In this document: positions 12,740 to 24,736 of the stretch, one piece after another
Layout: each line of letters begins with the position of its first letter
Position numbering within the stretch: position 1 is the stretch's first letter
NCBI GenBank assembly: GCA_002269645.1
Contig: NIVC01000023.1
Location: 868,001 to 932,000 of the forward strand
Length of the DNA: 64,000 nt
Source of the DNA: Macrostomum lignano
Lineage: Eukaryota
Reading direction: 5' to 3'
The notes under the pieces: model-generated
Told to the model about the DNA's origin: nothing
The model's input: the letters and a program-made list of their open reading frames with translations, nothing else
The model's database searches: none
Program-made: the position numbers and the translations under genes

Positions 12740-14737
12740 TCAACTCGCAGTGGCAGCCGCGGCAGCAACAGCGGCAGCGGCGGCGGCGGCGGCGGCAGCG
12801 GCAGCGCAGCACTGTTGCTCGGGCCAGTCGCCAGGAACGCGCAAGTAGACGGCCTCTCGCGGTGGCAGGGGTATAGTTAAAGCCTTCTCAAAGAACTTCG
12901 AGTTGATTGGTATGTGAAAGCAGTGCTGCTGATGCTGCTGCTGCTTCTGCTCCGGCTGTTGCGGCGCTTGCTGCACCGGTTGCTTCTGCTGCTGCTGCTG
13001 ATGTTGCTGTTGACTACTGCTTCTTTTGCCTCGCTTCTGCTGATCCGCTGAACTTGAGTGCAACTTGTGGCACCGTCTGGCCAGAATTTCGCACGAGTCG
13101 CGCGACTTCATGCGCAACCAGAGTCGGTCGTAGAATCGTCGAGTGGTCTCTTCCCAGCTGCACAGCCTGCGCTGCTGCTGTCGCGGCGGAATGGCATGCT
13201 GCTGACACTCTTGCTGCTTTTGAGCAGATTGCGACTGCTGAGACTGTTGCTGTTTCTGCTGCTGCTGCGGCGGCTGCTGCGACTGTTGCTGTTGTTGATG
13301 TTGCTTTTGCGACCTCTGCAGCTGCGTCTGCGTGCACGCATCGGAAAACTTATCAGCAACAGCAGCAGCCTGTTTGGCATCGAATGCGTCGCTAGAATCG
13401 TTGATTTGCTTGGCTTTCATTGCGCTGCTGCTACTGCTGAGACTGATCGTTGGCAGAGAACAGGTTGACCATGGAATGTCGCTTCTTGGCGACTGGTGCT
13501 GCTGCTGCTGCTGCGATGGCTGCTGCGACTGCTGCTGATTCAAAACTGCGACGGGATTCAGCTGCGGAAGTAACTGATGCACCTGATGTTGGTGTTGCTG
13601 CTTTTGCTGCTGCTGCGCTTGCTGTTGCAGGCTTTGCAGATGAATGCTTTGAGGCTGATGATTTTGAAAGTTGTCGAATTTTAGCGGCGATCCTAGACGT
13701 CTGACTTTGTGATTTGGCTGGGCCAGCTGTTGCTGTTGCTTTTGCTGCTGCTGCTGCTGCTGATGCTGATGCTGCAGTTGCAGAGGCTGCAGAGGCATGT
13801 GATGATGAGTCTGATGTTCCTTGCTAGTTACCGGCGCTGAGATGTGCAACAATCGCGGCGATTGTCGCACTGACGCCGCCGCTGTTGCCACAGCCGCAGC
13901 CGCCACAGCAGACCCTGCTGCTGCCTGTGACTTTTGCATTGCTGCTATCTGCTGCTGCTGTTGCTGCTGATGCTGCAACTGATGTAACTGATGCTGCTGC
14001 TGCTGCTGTTGATAATCAATCCTGCGCAATTCAAGCGCCGACTCAGAAGAACACAACTGAAGCTGATTAACTGCTGGCAGCGAGATTACCGAAGGCTGCG
14101 CCGCCTGAGTCAGCGGATTAGCAACGCATGGTATGTAATAGATTGGATGCGCCATCGGCTGGGAGCAGATTAACGGCTGTTGCCTGACAGGCACAATGTA
14201 GTGCTGCTGCTGCTGCTGTTGCTGCTGTTGCTGCTGCTGTTGCTGCTGCTGCTGCGCGGCTACTGCCGAAGCCATGATTGGCTGACTAAACTGATGGCTA
14301 AACACTGAGCGGGATAACGGATGAAACGCCGCCTGCTGGTGAGGGTGCTGCGCCACCATCACAATCGGACCGACTGTGCTGCACGTCAGCGCACTAGCCG
14401 GAGGCGGTGCCGTCGGGGCTTTCAACAGTACCGTGCTGTACTTTAGCTGAGCTTGCTGGCAGTCAGGCGGCAGGCCAGTTACCTGCTGCTGTTGATGGTG
14501 CTGAGTTGTCGTACAGCAGTAAACGACTTCGCCTTGCGCAGGCGTCCCTGCAGTTAACGACGATCTTTGTTGTTGCTGCTGCTGCTGCGACAGTGGCAGT
14601 GAAGGAGGTGGCATCGGCGGCTGCGCTACTGGTGGATTCTGAGACTGTTGCAACTGAGCCTGCTGTCTGCTAGCGGTGCCTAGAGATCCAGCAACAGCGG
14701 AATGTGCAGTTTCATCTCTGGGCTCCATGAGCGGCAT
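12740..14737 (-). CDS. Glutamine/alanine-rich low-complexity protein, 665 aa, single exon, function unknown
   Basis: 2 kb ATG-to-TGA ORF with coding-like GC content. Mixed CAG/CAA polyQ tracts are interspersed with complex segments such as RLCSWEETTRRFYDRLWLRMKSRDSCEILARRC. No domain recognised. Confidence 0.75.
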   Translation of the reverse strand: MPLMEPRDETAHSAVAGSLGTASRQQAQLQQSQNPPVAQPPMPPPSLPLSQQQQQQQRSSLTAGTPAQGEVVYCCTTTQHHQQQQVTGLPPDCQQAQLKYSTVLLKAPTAPPPASALTCSTVGPIVMVAQHPHQQAAFHPLSRSVFSHQFSQPIMASAVAAQQQQQQQQQQQQQQQQQHYIVPVRQQPLICSQPMAHPIYYIPCVANPLTQAAQPSVISLPAVNQLQLCSSESALELRRIDYQQQQQQHQLHQLQHQQQQQQQIAAMQKSQAAAGSAVAAAAVATAAASVRQSPRLLHISAPVTSKEHQTHHHMPLQPLQLQHQHQQQQQQQKQQQQLAQPNHKVRRLGSPLKFDNFQNHQPQSIHLQSLQQQAQQQQKQQHQHQVHQLLPQLNPVAVLNQQQSQQPSQQQQQHQSPRSDIPWSTCSLPTISLSSSSSAMKAKQINDSSDAFDAKQAAAVADKFSDACTQTQLQRSQKQHQQQQQSQQPPQQQQKQQQSQQSQSAQKQQECQQHAIPPRQQQRRLCSWEETTRRFYDRLWLRMKSRDSCEILARRCHKLHSSSADQQKRGKRSSSQQQHQQQQQKQPVQQAPQQPEQKQQQHQQHCFHIPINSKFFEKALTIPLPPREAVYLRVPGDWPEQQCCAAAAAAAAAAAAVAAAAATAS

Positions 14738-16447
14738 AACTAACCGATTAGTGATAAGGGCGCAAAAAATCTTTTTCTGCTGCTGCTGCTGCTTAGCGCA
14801 ATCAAGCTTCTTCTTTTAATTTATCGCCCGAGCGAGTCATGCACCTACAACACTGCTTACTCAGTTTATGAGTATAAATCCACAAACCGTTAAGGCCACA
14901 AGCTATAACTGAATACGCGAGGAAACTACTGATAATTCTAAGAGTTTCTCCCACAGACAAAACGGCTTGGACTTATCGATCAGTGTGTACTTTCCACATG
15001 CACATGTCTCTATTAAATTTTATTTGTATTAAACAGCAACACGATCGAACGACCTGTACATGTCACATATGTATGCATCCATTTAATAAACTACTAGTAT
15101 TGAATGAACATTATCGAATAAACTACGTATATAAATCTTTGAACCGCGAGAACAAAACAAAAAATGAATTAAACGAAGAAAAAAATCGAACTTTGTGAAA
15201 ATAAAACTTCCACGCACGCGTTTTATAATTTATTCATCCTATAGTTGTAAGCTGAGTTTGAAACGAAGTTTAGGAACGAATAACAACTAACTCCTGATCG
15301 GGTTACATGCATGTCCTGCTGGAGTGCTACATGTACATCATGCCATTAGCTAGAGCTAATCATATGCATTTTTGGTCGCTTACGTTTGGTAAAATCATAT
15401 GCTGTTTTTAATAAGCTGTGATATAAAAAAAAGCATCGTTATACTAAAAATGGTGATGGTCTGACGTTAGGTATGGTGTGTGATAATATCTATTTTTGCG
15501 CACTGAAAATATATGACAAATACAAGTTATAACAATGGTTGCTAATGATAGCACTCAAAGAACGGTAATCTCTCATATCATGTTAAAAACTAGGCCTAAC
15601 TTTTTAATAGCCTGCAATATAAATTGCAACAATTTTTTTCAGCAAAGGCTTTAATGTGTGGCTTTTAAGCTTTGTTTTTCTAATTATGTTAGTAACTAAA
15701 TTCAAATCTATTTAAACTAGAACTTTCTTCATTTAGGTCGGACCGACGGGACCGTACCGTCCAGTCTTAAATTAGAAAGGTTGTATTATAGGCAGGCTTT
15801 CTTAAGTAATGCAAGCTAATCCTAAAATTATTGTTTTCAAATTAGGCGCCTACATTTGTAGAGATTTGAAACAAATTAAAGAGATTTTCTAAACCAACAA
15901 GTAGGCATAGCAGGCCTATTTTTCAACTTCGTTACTTCGGCACTGAGGGCCGAAAGTGGTTGTCACAAAGATCTAAGATGGTCTATTGCCAAAATGGACT
16001 ACTAACCTGATTTACCTTTTTATTGTCAGGCCATAATATTTAGAACTAGGCGGCTAGGCCTAGGCTAGTTGTGGCTAGGCAGGGCAGGGCAGGATTAGGA
16101 GTGGAGTGGCTAGGTCCGATCCGAATTATTTTGTCTCAATACGACAATAGGATAGGCCTACCTGGATTTTATTGTCTCTTGAATTTATATTCTATTAGGC
16201 CTACTATGAATAAATTCTCAACAGTTGGCTAGACTATATTTAGCTTGTATTTAGTCCTTATTCATTGCTCATTATATGGCATATGCTAGGGGCCTAACTA
16301 ATATAGGCCTAGCTATATGCCTAGGCTAGGCTAGGGGGGGCAATATTTTAGTTTCCCACTCTAAATTATTTTTATATTTAAAACAATAAATATGTCATAG
16401 TAGGCCCAGTTAGTGCAATCAAAGTATAGGGACCAACCCAAGAGTTT

Positions 16448-16945
16448 TTGGCAATGTCCTAGTTTCCCACATTAAATTATTTTAACCCAATAAGCCTAGG
16501 CCCATTTGAAACAAACAAACAAAATCAAGTTTATTAAAGTAATAAAGATTTAAAATGAGTCTTAGGTCTTAAAAGGAGTATTACATGGCATAGAAATATG
16601 TTAGCCAGTACAGAAAATTGCCAAAGCTCTTTTTTGGGTAGAGTTGCCTGAGTTGATACTAGAGAAACTTGCTGAGGTCAAGGTAGGAGTCAAAAAGGTT
16701 GTCACTAGTGCCATGATGACTACAAAACTTTGCATTTACATAGGCCCAGGTGCCTTCAATGGTATTTGCAATGACTGATCTCAAGGTCATAGAGGTTGGC
16801 CAATGGCCACAAATTGGCTAGAGATACAATAGGCCTATTTAGGCCTATAGTATATATGCTCAAGGTTGTCTAGCCATGATTTATGCTAAAAATAACAAAA
16901 ATTGGATCAAATTAAATTTAACGCGGGAAATTAGGACATTGCCAA
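16448..16945. mobile_element. Probable degenerate MITE with ~30-bp terminal inverted repeats
   Basis: TTGGCAATGTCCTAGTTTCCCACATTAAATT at 16448 versus the reverse complement of AATTTAACGCGGGAAATTAGGACATTGCCAA ending 16945. No clear TSD. Confidence 0.55.
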
Positions 16946-17086
16946 GTTTTCATATAGGATAGGCCTAATAATGAGAAATCCAATAAAGTATGTTCCCAAA
17001 TTGGTTGTCTAGCCCTGGGAACAGATAATGCCATATACTCTTGTATATCCAGATAATTTCTTGATAGGCCTAGCATGGGCACATAC

Positions 17087-17789
17087 GGGTCCACCCCAAC
17101 TGCCAGCTAGAAAATTGCTAGCTAACAACTGCCAGCCGGAAAACTGCCAGCCGACAATTGCTAGCCAACAACTGCCAGCCAACAACTGCTAGTCGACAAG
17201 TTCTAGCTAATTGAATCTACTGTAGCCTACTTTTTAGCTAAGTAAAAAGCACAAAACTGTTTGGCTAGCAAAAGGCTTGTGGGGTAGCCTTAAATGTCGC
17301 CCTTCCCTTCCCTAATTTTTTCAGATTCCCATTAGAAGTATATATGTAAAGGAGAAGGCATTCTGTAATGCCTATTGTAAATATTTCTGTATTGAAAGTT
17401 TATTTACTTTATTATTTAATTTGCAATTGCTATATGATGCAATCCTAGATAAGTCTATTAAATTACTTTACTTAAATAAAGCTTTCAAAGAAAGAGTAAA
17501 GGCTACCTAAAATATGAAATTTGAATGCCTTCTCCTTCACATATATACTTCTAATGGAAATCTGAAAAAAATAGGGAAGGGAAAGGTGACATTTAAGGCT
17601 ACTCCACAAGCCTTTTGCTAGCCAAACAGTTTCATGCTTTTTACTTAGCTAATAAGTAGGCTATAGTAGATTCAATTAGCTAGAACTTGTTGGCTAGCAG
17701 TTGTTAGCTGGCAGATTTCTCGGCTGGCAGTTTTCTTGGCTGGCAATTATCAACTGGCAGTTTTCTGGCTGGCAGTTGGGGTGCTCCTA
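17087..17789. mobile_element. Foldback/MITE element with ~270-300 bp inverted arms and an 8-bp TSD
   Basis: Left arm 17092-~17383 (CACCCCAACTGCCAGC...GGAGAAGGCATTC) is the imperfect reverse complement of ~17523-17783. GCACATAC is directly repeated at 17079-86 and 17790-97. Confidence 0.88.
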
Positions 17790-17992
17790 GCACATACATG
17801 CCCAACATCCCTCCGACCTATCTAAACCAGACAAACGGCTATTAGCCAACCTGTCAAGGTAAGTTGCAAAATCCAAAACAAAAAAAATTAAAAATTTGGA
17901 GAAAAAAGAAACAAAAGGAAAAGAAGAAGGAAAAAGAAAAGAAAAGAGGAGAGAGAAAGAAAAAAGCAAGAAAAGTCATATACAAAGTGAAA

Positions 17993-18507
17993 ATTAAGTT
18001 GCAATTGGGGGAACTAAATTGCAATCAAGAGGAACTAAGTTGCAATTGAGAGAAACTAAGTTGCAATTGGGAGGAACTAAGTCACAATTAGAAGGAACTA
18101 AGTTGCAATTGGGAAGAACTAAGTTGCAATCAAAGGGAACTAAGTCACAATTGGGAAAAACTAAGTTGCAATTTGGAAGAACTAAGTTGCAATTAAGAGA
18201 AACTAAGTTGCAATTGGGTGGAACTAAGTCACAATTAGAAGGAACTAAGTTGCAATTGGGAAGAACTAAGTTGCAATCAAAGGGAACTAAGTCACAATTG
18301 GGAAAAACTAAGTTGCAATTTGGAAGAACTAAGTTGCAATTAAGAGAAACTAAGTTGCAATTGGGAGGAACTAAGTCACAATTAGAAGGAACTAAGTTGC
18401 AATTGGGAAGAACTAAGTTGCAATCAAAGGGAACTAAGTCACAATTGGGAAAAACTAAGTTGCAATTTGGAAGAACTAAGTTGCAATTTGGAAGAACTAA
18501 TTTGCAC
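17993..18507. repeat. 21-bp minisatellite (AACTAAGTTGCAATTGGGAGG-like) inside the hAT-like element
   Basis: Period 21 with a repeating higher-order pattern of variants; only ~3 units in the 57.5 kb copy. Confidence 0.95.
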
Positions 18508-19901
18508 TAGATGGGTGAAATTTTGAGGTTGGGCATATATGCATGGGTACATGTCTAATGTGGCCACAATATATAGGCATTGCTCTAAATCAGCTTATGC
18601 AAAAAGAAATAACTAGCTGTTCTAACTTCTAGGGTAAGGGCCTATACATAGGCCCTATAGAGACAAATCAAAGGACCATTGTGATTTTGTGATGTCTTAG
18701 TTCTTAACAATAATTTAGACTATATGCCTAATTAACAATTTTATTAAGGTTTAATTAGCTAATAATATAGTATTGACTCTGCCCTATTGGGTATTCAAAA
18801 GTTAACCTATCTAAAACTAGATAAAAGTTTGGCAAATAAGATATAGACTCTAGTCTAGACTTGAAAGTTAGGATAAGAAAAATTGATAAGAAAGAACTTC
18901 CATTTCTGTACTTTATCCTCTTTAGCCTTCCCTTCAAAGCAATAAGATATGTTTACCTTATGGTGATGGTGACATTGGTCTATGGCTAACTTGGTTCGTC
19001 ACTATAGCATGTTGTCCTTGCTAAAATGTGTTTTATGTATAAAAATAAAATAATTTAGAGCAAGAAACTAGAAGATCACCAGCCTATGTTATAGGACTAG
19101 GCCTAGGGGACTAGGTTTAAGATTTATAACTTGTATCTTTTCTTTTTTCCATTTTTGCTTTTAGCTAAAACCTAAAACCTAGACCTAATATAAGTATATA
19201 TCAGAATTCAGATCTAATTCTAAGCTTAAACTACAAGAATTTTAAGTTTAAAAAATATATATAATCAGTTAGATTATTTAATACCAATATTTAAATACTT
19301 TTTATGTTAACCAAAAAAAAAATTGTTTTATTTTAGTAAATAAAAAGCAAATTGACATTATAAAATAAAGATTTAACAAATTTCTACTCAAAGATTGATC
19401 AAAGTTTTTGCACAAAATATAATTTCTTCTAGGTAAATATTATACATTTTTGTCTTGTCCAAAAATGTTTTGGCAAATGATAAACACTATTCTGACTATG
19501 GTAGTATAGATCTAAACTTTAATAGCTAGGCATAGATATAATCTTTCAACTATTACATCTAGGCATAGATGTAATAGTTGAAAAGTATATTTAAAATAAA
19601 TATAAAATAAATATAATGGAATTATAATAAAGTTTTAGAGATACACCTTGGAAAAAAGAAAACACAAGGTTCATTTTTGTTAATATAGCTTCAACTTATA
19701 ATAATATCATTGATTAATTTATCTGTAGTTGTGTTACTAGGAAATTTAAGTGATGTGCAAACATTGAGTCTGCAGGTTAGAGTGGCTTAGTACTGTACTA
19801 GGTAAGGACATAAGGTTGAGATATTGTTGTTTTTTTATTAATTAATCAGCTGTGCCAATGCGCTTGCAGCTCAGTGATTCAAATACAAATAATTGCCAAT
19901 A

Positions 19902-22900
19902 ATGTCTGAAAATGAGAACCAACAGTCAACCATAGCCGCCAATCTGTGCCAAAATGGCTGCGGATTCTATGGTTCCACTCAGTTTGATGGCATGTGCAGC
20001 GTCTGTCACAAGGAGAACATGAAGAAAAGGCAAAAGCAAGACGAGGAACAAATCCAAAAGCCAACTTCTAGTCCACACGCTGCTGCATTACTCTGCGCAT
20101 CGTCAAGTAAGTGAAAGCAGACAGCTTTCCTACAATTTCAACTGCTTTGAGCATAAATCAGTAAACGATTCGTAATTGACTTTCATTCACCCCGAACTGT
20201 CGCATTGTCAAATTCAGACAACATATTCGGGTCTAGCGGTAATAATAAAAGGCTGAAAAATTCTAATATCGACCAGCCTATTGAAAATTCCTCCGAGGAT
20301 GACTCTCACGGTCTGTGTTTCAATCTGCTCTGCTCAGTTTCAGCCAGTGTTTTGTTTCAGTTAGTCGTTTTAATGTTTGTATTTCAATAATTCAATTAGT
20401 TGCTTTTCTTTGAGCATTTAACTTGGCAACAAAATCAAAACTTGATAGCAAGCCACTTTCTGCTTTCCACAGGTCTGCCCCAATCTGCTTTCGGAGCCGC
20501 CACCAACCAGGTGACTGCCGGAGCAGCGGCGGCCGCCGCCGCCAACACTAATGAAGACAGCCACGCAACCGCCGCAGCTGAGAGTTCCGCCAGCGTTGGC
20601 GTGCCTCTGAAGTCTACCGCCTCTGTTGCTGCCGCCAAGTCGGCTGAGGTGGCGAGCGTTGATTCTTCGGGTAAGACTGGTGAATGCTTTGCACTGGCAG
20701 TGTGATCTGGTATTATTGCTGCGTCAGAATATGAGCCTTCAGTATCTTCATCGTAGCTTGAAGGCATGTGTCTGAGCTGTCAGCCTCCCAGATGCTCAGT
20801 TGCTGGGCCAGCCTCCCAAATCCTCAGTTACTGGGCCAGCCTCCCAGATCCTCAGTTGCTGGGCCAGCCTCCCAAATCCTTAGTTACTGGGCTAGCCTCC
20901 CAGAGTGTCAGTTGCTGGGCCAGCCTCCCAGATCCTCAGTCGCTGGGCCAGCCTCCCAGATCCTCAGTTACTGGGCCAGCCTCCCAGAGTGTCAGTTGCT
21001 GGGCCAGACTCCCAGATCCTCAGTTACTGGGCCAGCCTCACAGATCCTCAGTTGCTGGGCCAGCCTCCCAGATCCCCAGTTGCTGGGCCAGCCTCCCAGA
21101 TCCCCAGTTGCTGGGCCAGCCTCCCAGATCTTCAATTGCTGGGCCAGCCTCCCAGATCTTCAATTGCTGGGCCAGCCTTCCAGATCTTCAATTGCTGGGC
21201 CAGCCTCCCAGATCCTCAGTTGCTGGGCCAGCCTCCCAACGTGTTCAGTTGCTGGACCAGCCTCCCAGCGTGTTCAGTTGCTGGACCAGCCTCCCAGAGT
21301 GTCAGTTGCTGGACCAGCCTCATACATGCGCAACAGTCGGCCGAGTCGGCCGATCCGGCCGACCGATTTGGCGGCCAACCAAAGAAGTCGCAAAAATTCC
21401 CACCCGAAAAAACACCCAAGCAGTAGTACTAAGTATCTGACGAGGCATTTTAGCTTAATAAGACAGTCATAGTTACTCCTGCCGTTTACCCAAAGTTGCG
21501 GTAATTTTGCTTTAGGGTTTTTTTACATGTAAGTCGCATTTTTAGCCAAAAACTACGTCGCATTTTTTGTTAAAACTAAGTCGCACGGCCGACCGAATTT
21601 TGGAGGTTGCGCATGTATGACCAGCCTCCCAGAGTGTCAGTTGCTGGGCCAGCCTCCCAGATCCTCAGTTGCTGGGCCAGCCTCCCAGATCCTCAGTTGC
21701 TGGGCCAGCCTCCCAGATCCCCAGTTGCTGGGCCAGCCTCCCAGATCCTCAGTTACTGGGCCAGCCTCCCAGATCCTCAGTCGCTGGGCCAGCCTCCCAG
21801 ATCCTCAGTTACTGGGCCAGCCTCCCAAATCCTTAGTTACTGGGCCAGCCTCCCAAATCCTTAGTTACTGGGCCAGCCTCCCAGATCCTTAGTTACTGGG
21901 CCAGACTCCCAGATCCTCAGTTGCTGGGCCAGCCTCTCAGATCCCCAGTTGCTGGGCCAGCCTCCCAGATCCTCAGTTGCTGGGCCAGCCTCCCAGAGTG
22001 TCAGTTGCTGGGCCAGCCTCCCAGAGTGTCAGTTGCTGGGCCAGCCTCCCAGATCCTCAGTTGCTGGGCCAGCCTCCCAGAGTGTCAGTTGCTGGGCCAG
22101 CCTCCCAGAGTGTCAGTTGCTGGGCCAGCCTCCCAGATCCTCAGTTGCTGGGCCAGCCTCCCAGAGTGTCAGTTGCTGGGCCAGCCTCCCAGAGTGTCAG
22201 TTGCTGGGCCAGCCTCCCAGAGTGTCAGTTGCTGGGCCAGCCTCCCAGAGTGTCAGTTGCTGGGCCAGTCTCCCAGATCTTCAATTGCTGGGCCAGCCTT
22301 CCAGATCTTCAGTTTCTTGGCATTTCTTGTCAGAATTAAGTTAAATTTAGCAACCCATCTGTCGCATGGAATGACGTACCTGCAGTGCGGTTTCGTCATC
22401 ATTTCCAAGATTTTCTCTGTCCAGTGCAGCTCAATAGCCCCAGACCCGTGTAGAGTTTTGCACGTATGCATACAATTGTCTGTTTATAACAGCTGAGACT
22501 CTGCTCTAGCCTGCCAAGTCACGGTTTCACTGAAGAATATAAGTGAAGTGCAGATTTAAAAAATTAAACCCATTCCATTTTTTGTAACTTTACGATGGGC
22601 GTTGCAAAATATTTTTGAACAATTTAAAACATGTACACATGGTTTTTTTAGAAAACGATAGGTACAATTTTGACAAGTTATATTTCGATACTTAAAAATG
22701 GGTTTCCAATCCAGATTTTCTAGTTTAAAGCGTCCCTGTCTGTTTTCCTTACTCACTGCACTGCCCTGCCCTGTCCTCAGTGCGACACTGTACTGACCCT
22801 GTACTGACTGACTGGCTGCTGCAGCGCCTGCTTCACATTTATGTACATTCTTTCACATGGATCACTAATTCTCTGTTGGCCAGTTCTGCCAAAAAACCAG

Positions 22901-24736
22901 TTCTGTGTGGTCTAAGTCAGCTGGTTTCCTATCTCTGTCCCCTTTCTCTCCTCTCTCTCTATCCCTTCCTATTTGCCTTTGTAGCAGGTTTAGCCAAGTA
23001 TTCTCTGTGCTTCTTTTTTAACCTTCAAATGTTCTGTACTGTACTGACGTCAAACAGTCTAACCCATACCCTGTGCCTTGCTTTGCACTTGAATAGCTCT
23101 GGCCTCTCTTTCCTCTTCTCTCCCTCTTATTCTCTCTCGCCTATATTGAACCCTCTCTTTTAGCCTTGAAGCATGCAGTGAAATCGTGCTGACTTGTTAA
23201 TAATATTAGGCATGCGCCTCAGTTCACGACTGGAACTCGTGGACATTCTGAAAGTATTCGATTCAAATTTATAATTTAATACTTGATAAAAAAGTTCCTT
23301 ATTGAACTACTCAACATGCGCTATTCAATGTGGATTTGAGAATACTTTTCTCAGTGATTTTTTTAGCACGAGCATTGATTGAATTTGAGGCGTAATCAAA
23401 AGTACAGAATGCTCAGCTGAGGTGGAGATGGACACTTAGACATACGGAGGTGGAGATGGACACTAAGACACACTGAGGTGGAGATGGACACTAAGACATA
23501 CTGAGGTGGAGATGGACACTTAGACATACGGAGGTGGAGATGGACACTAAGACACACTGAGGTGGAGATGGACACTAAGACATACTGAGGTGGAGATGGA
23601 CACTTAGACATACGGAGGTGGAGATGGACACCAAGACACACTGAGGTGGAGATGGACACTAAGACACACTGAGGTGGAGATGGACACTAAGACATACGGA
23701 GGTGGAGATGGACACCAAGACACACTGAGGTGGAGATTGACACTAAGACACACTGAGGTGGAGATGGACACTAAGACATACGGAGGTGGAGATGGACACC
23801 AAGACACACTGAGGTGAAGATGGACACTAAGACACACTGAGGTGGAGATGGACACTAAGACATACTGAGGTGGAAATGGACACCAAGACATACTGAGGTG
23901 GAGATGGACACTAAGACATACTGAGGTGGAGATGGACACTAAGACATACGGAGGTGGAGATGGACACTAAGACATACTGAGGTGGAAATGGACACCAAGA
24001 CATATGGTACTGAGGTGGAGATGGACACTAAGACATACTGAGGTGGAGATGGACACTAAGACACATTGAGGTGGGCATGGACACTAAGACACATTGAGGT
24101 GGGCATGGACACCAAGACATACTCAAGTGGACATAAAAACCAAGACATACTGAGTTGAAGTAGGACACTAAGATATAATGAGGTTTACACGGACACTAAG
24201 ACACAATAATGTTTAATGTGTTTTATTCACGCAAATAGTAGTAATAATGTCTATTAGTTATTTTGTGCTGTTTTCAATTTGCAGCCGGCAGCTCTAGCGG
24301 CTCAAGCGCTCAGTCCAACAATAAGAAGTCCAACCGATGCGGCATGTGCAAGAAAAAGGTCGGCCTTACTGGTAAGTAGCTTTAGTACAGTTGTTTGTGA
24401 CAGTCATATGCTGATTAAGCTACTTATCAGTAGCGTGGTTGTGCTCTAAATTTAATTTTTTATTAGAAACCAACAGTTTTATCAATAGTGAATATGAGAA
24501 CTCGTCTCGTGAGTAGTTTCTTAAGGTGTGATATCTCATTGAGTAGTGTGCATGACTGACATGAGATCTCATGCCAACCTTGAGCAGGTTTCGCCTGCCG
24601 TTGCGGAGGCCTGTTCTGCTCCATGCACCGCTACAGCGATAAGCACGAGTGCCCGTTCGACTACCAGAGCCACGGCCAGGAGGAGATTTGCAAGGCCAAT
24701 CCGCAGGTTGTGTCCACCAAGATTGACAAGCTTTAA
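19902..24736 (+). CDS. ZFAND5/6: A20 + AN1 zinc-finger protein (ZFAND5/ZFAND6 family), 4 exons, 212 aa
   Basis: Exons 19902-20106, 20473-20670, 24285-24371, 24588-24736 (639 nt, GT-AG introns, all phase 1). A20 finger LCQNGCGFYG...GMCSVC; AN1 finger [38 protein letters not shown]; terminal KIDKL*. Confidence 0.96.
20780..22311. repeat. 28-bp minisatellite (GATCCTCAGTTGCTGGGCCAGCCTCCCA) in ZFAND intron 2, split by a MITE
   Basis: Period 28 in two blocks, ~20780-21320 and 21620-22311; the same unit occurs at 60258-60640. Confidence 0.97.
21321..21619. mobile_element. 299-bp hAT-like MITE with perfect 14-bp TIRs and perfect 8-bp TSD
   Basis: TIRs CATACATGCGCAAC and GTTGCGCATGTATG; TSD ACCAGCCT at 21313-20 and 21620-27. 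Contains a 28S rRNA-like segment at 21428-21491 on the minus strand. Confidence 0.95.
23416..24200. repeat. 28-bp minisatellite (ACTGAGGTGGAGATGGACACTAAGACAY) in ZFAND intron 2
   Basis: Period 28, degenerating at the 3' end. Confidence 0.96.

Larger units (their letters stand above)
17082..18541. mobile_element. Non-autonomous hAT-like element (TIR CATACATGCCCAAC) with an internal 21-bp array, interrupted by a foldback element
   Basis: TIR CATACATGCCCAAC (17793-17806; its first 5 nt are also duplicated at 17082) pairs with GTTGGGCATATATG (18528-18541). 8-bp flanks CATGGGCA (17074-81) and CATGGGTA (18542-49). A homologous copy lies at 57282-57626. Confidence 0.8.

Noticed and set aside
15700-19800. 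Enrichment of CTAG/AGGCCT palindromes in AT-rich DNA (also ~53.7-54.7 kb)
   Set aside because: No periodicity or boundaries; likely compositional background or old TE debris.
21428-21491. Annotation as a real rRNA gene
   Set aside because: Only 64 bp, diverged non-compensatorily, inside a MITE and without flanking rDNA; reported as a finding instead.
20766-22496. ORFs with repeated CWASLP/LLGQPP peptides
   Set aside because: They are the 28-bp array inside ZFAND intron 2, which has canonical splice sites on both sides.
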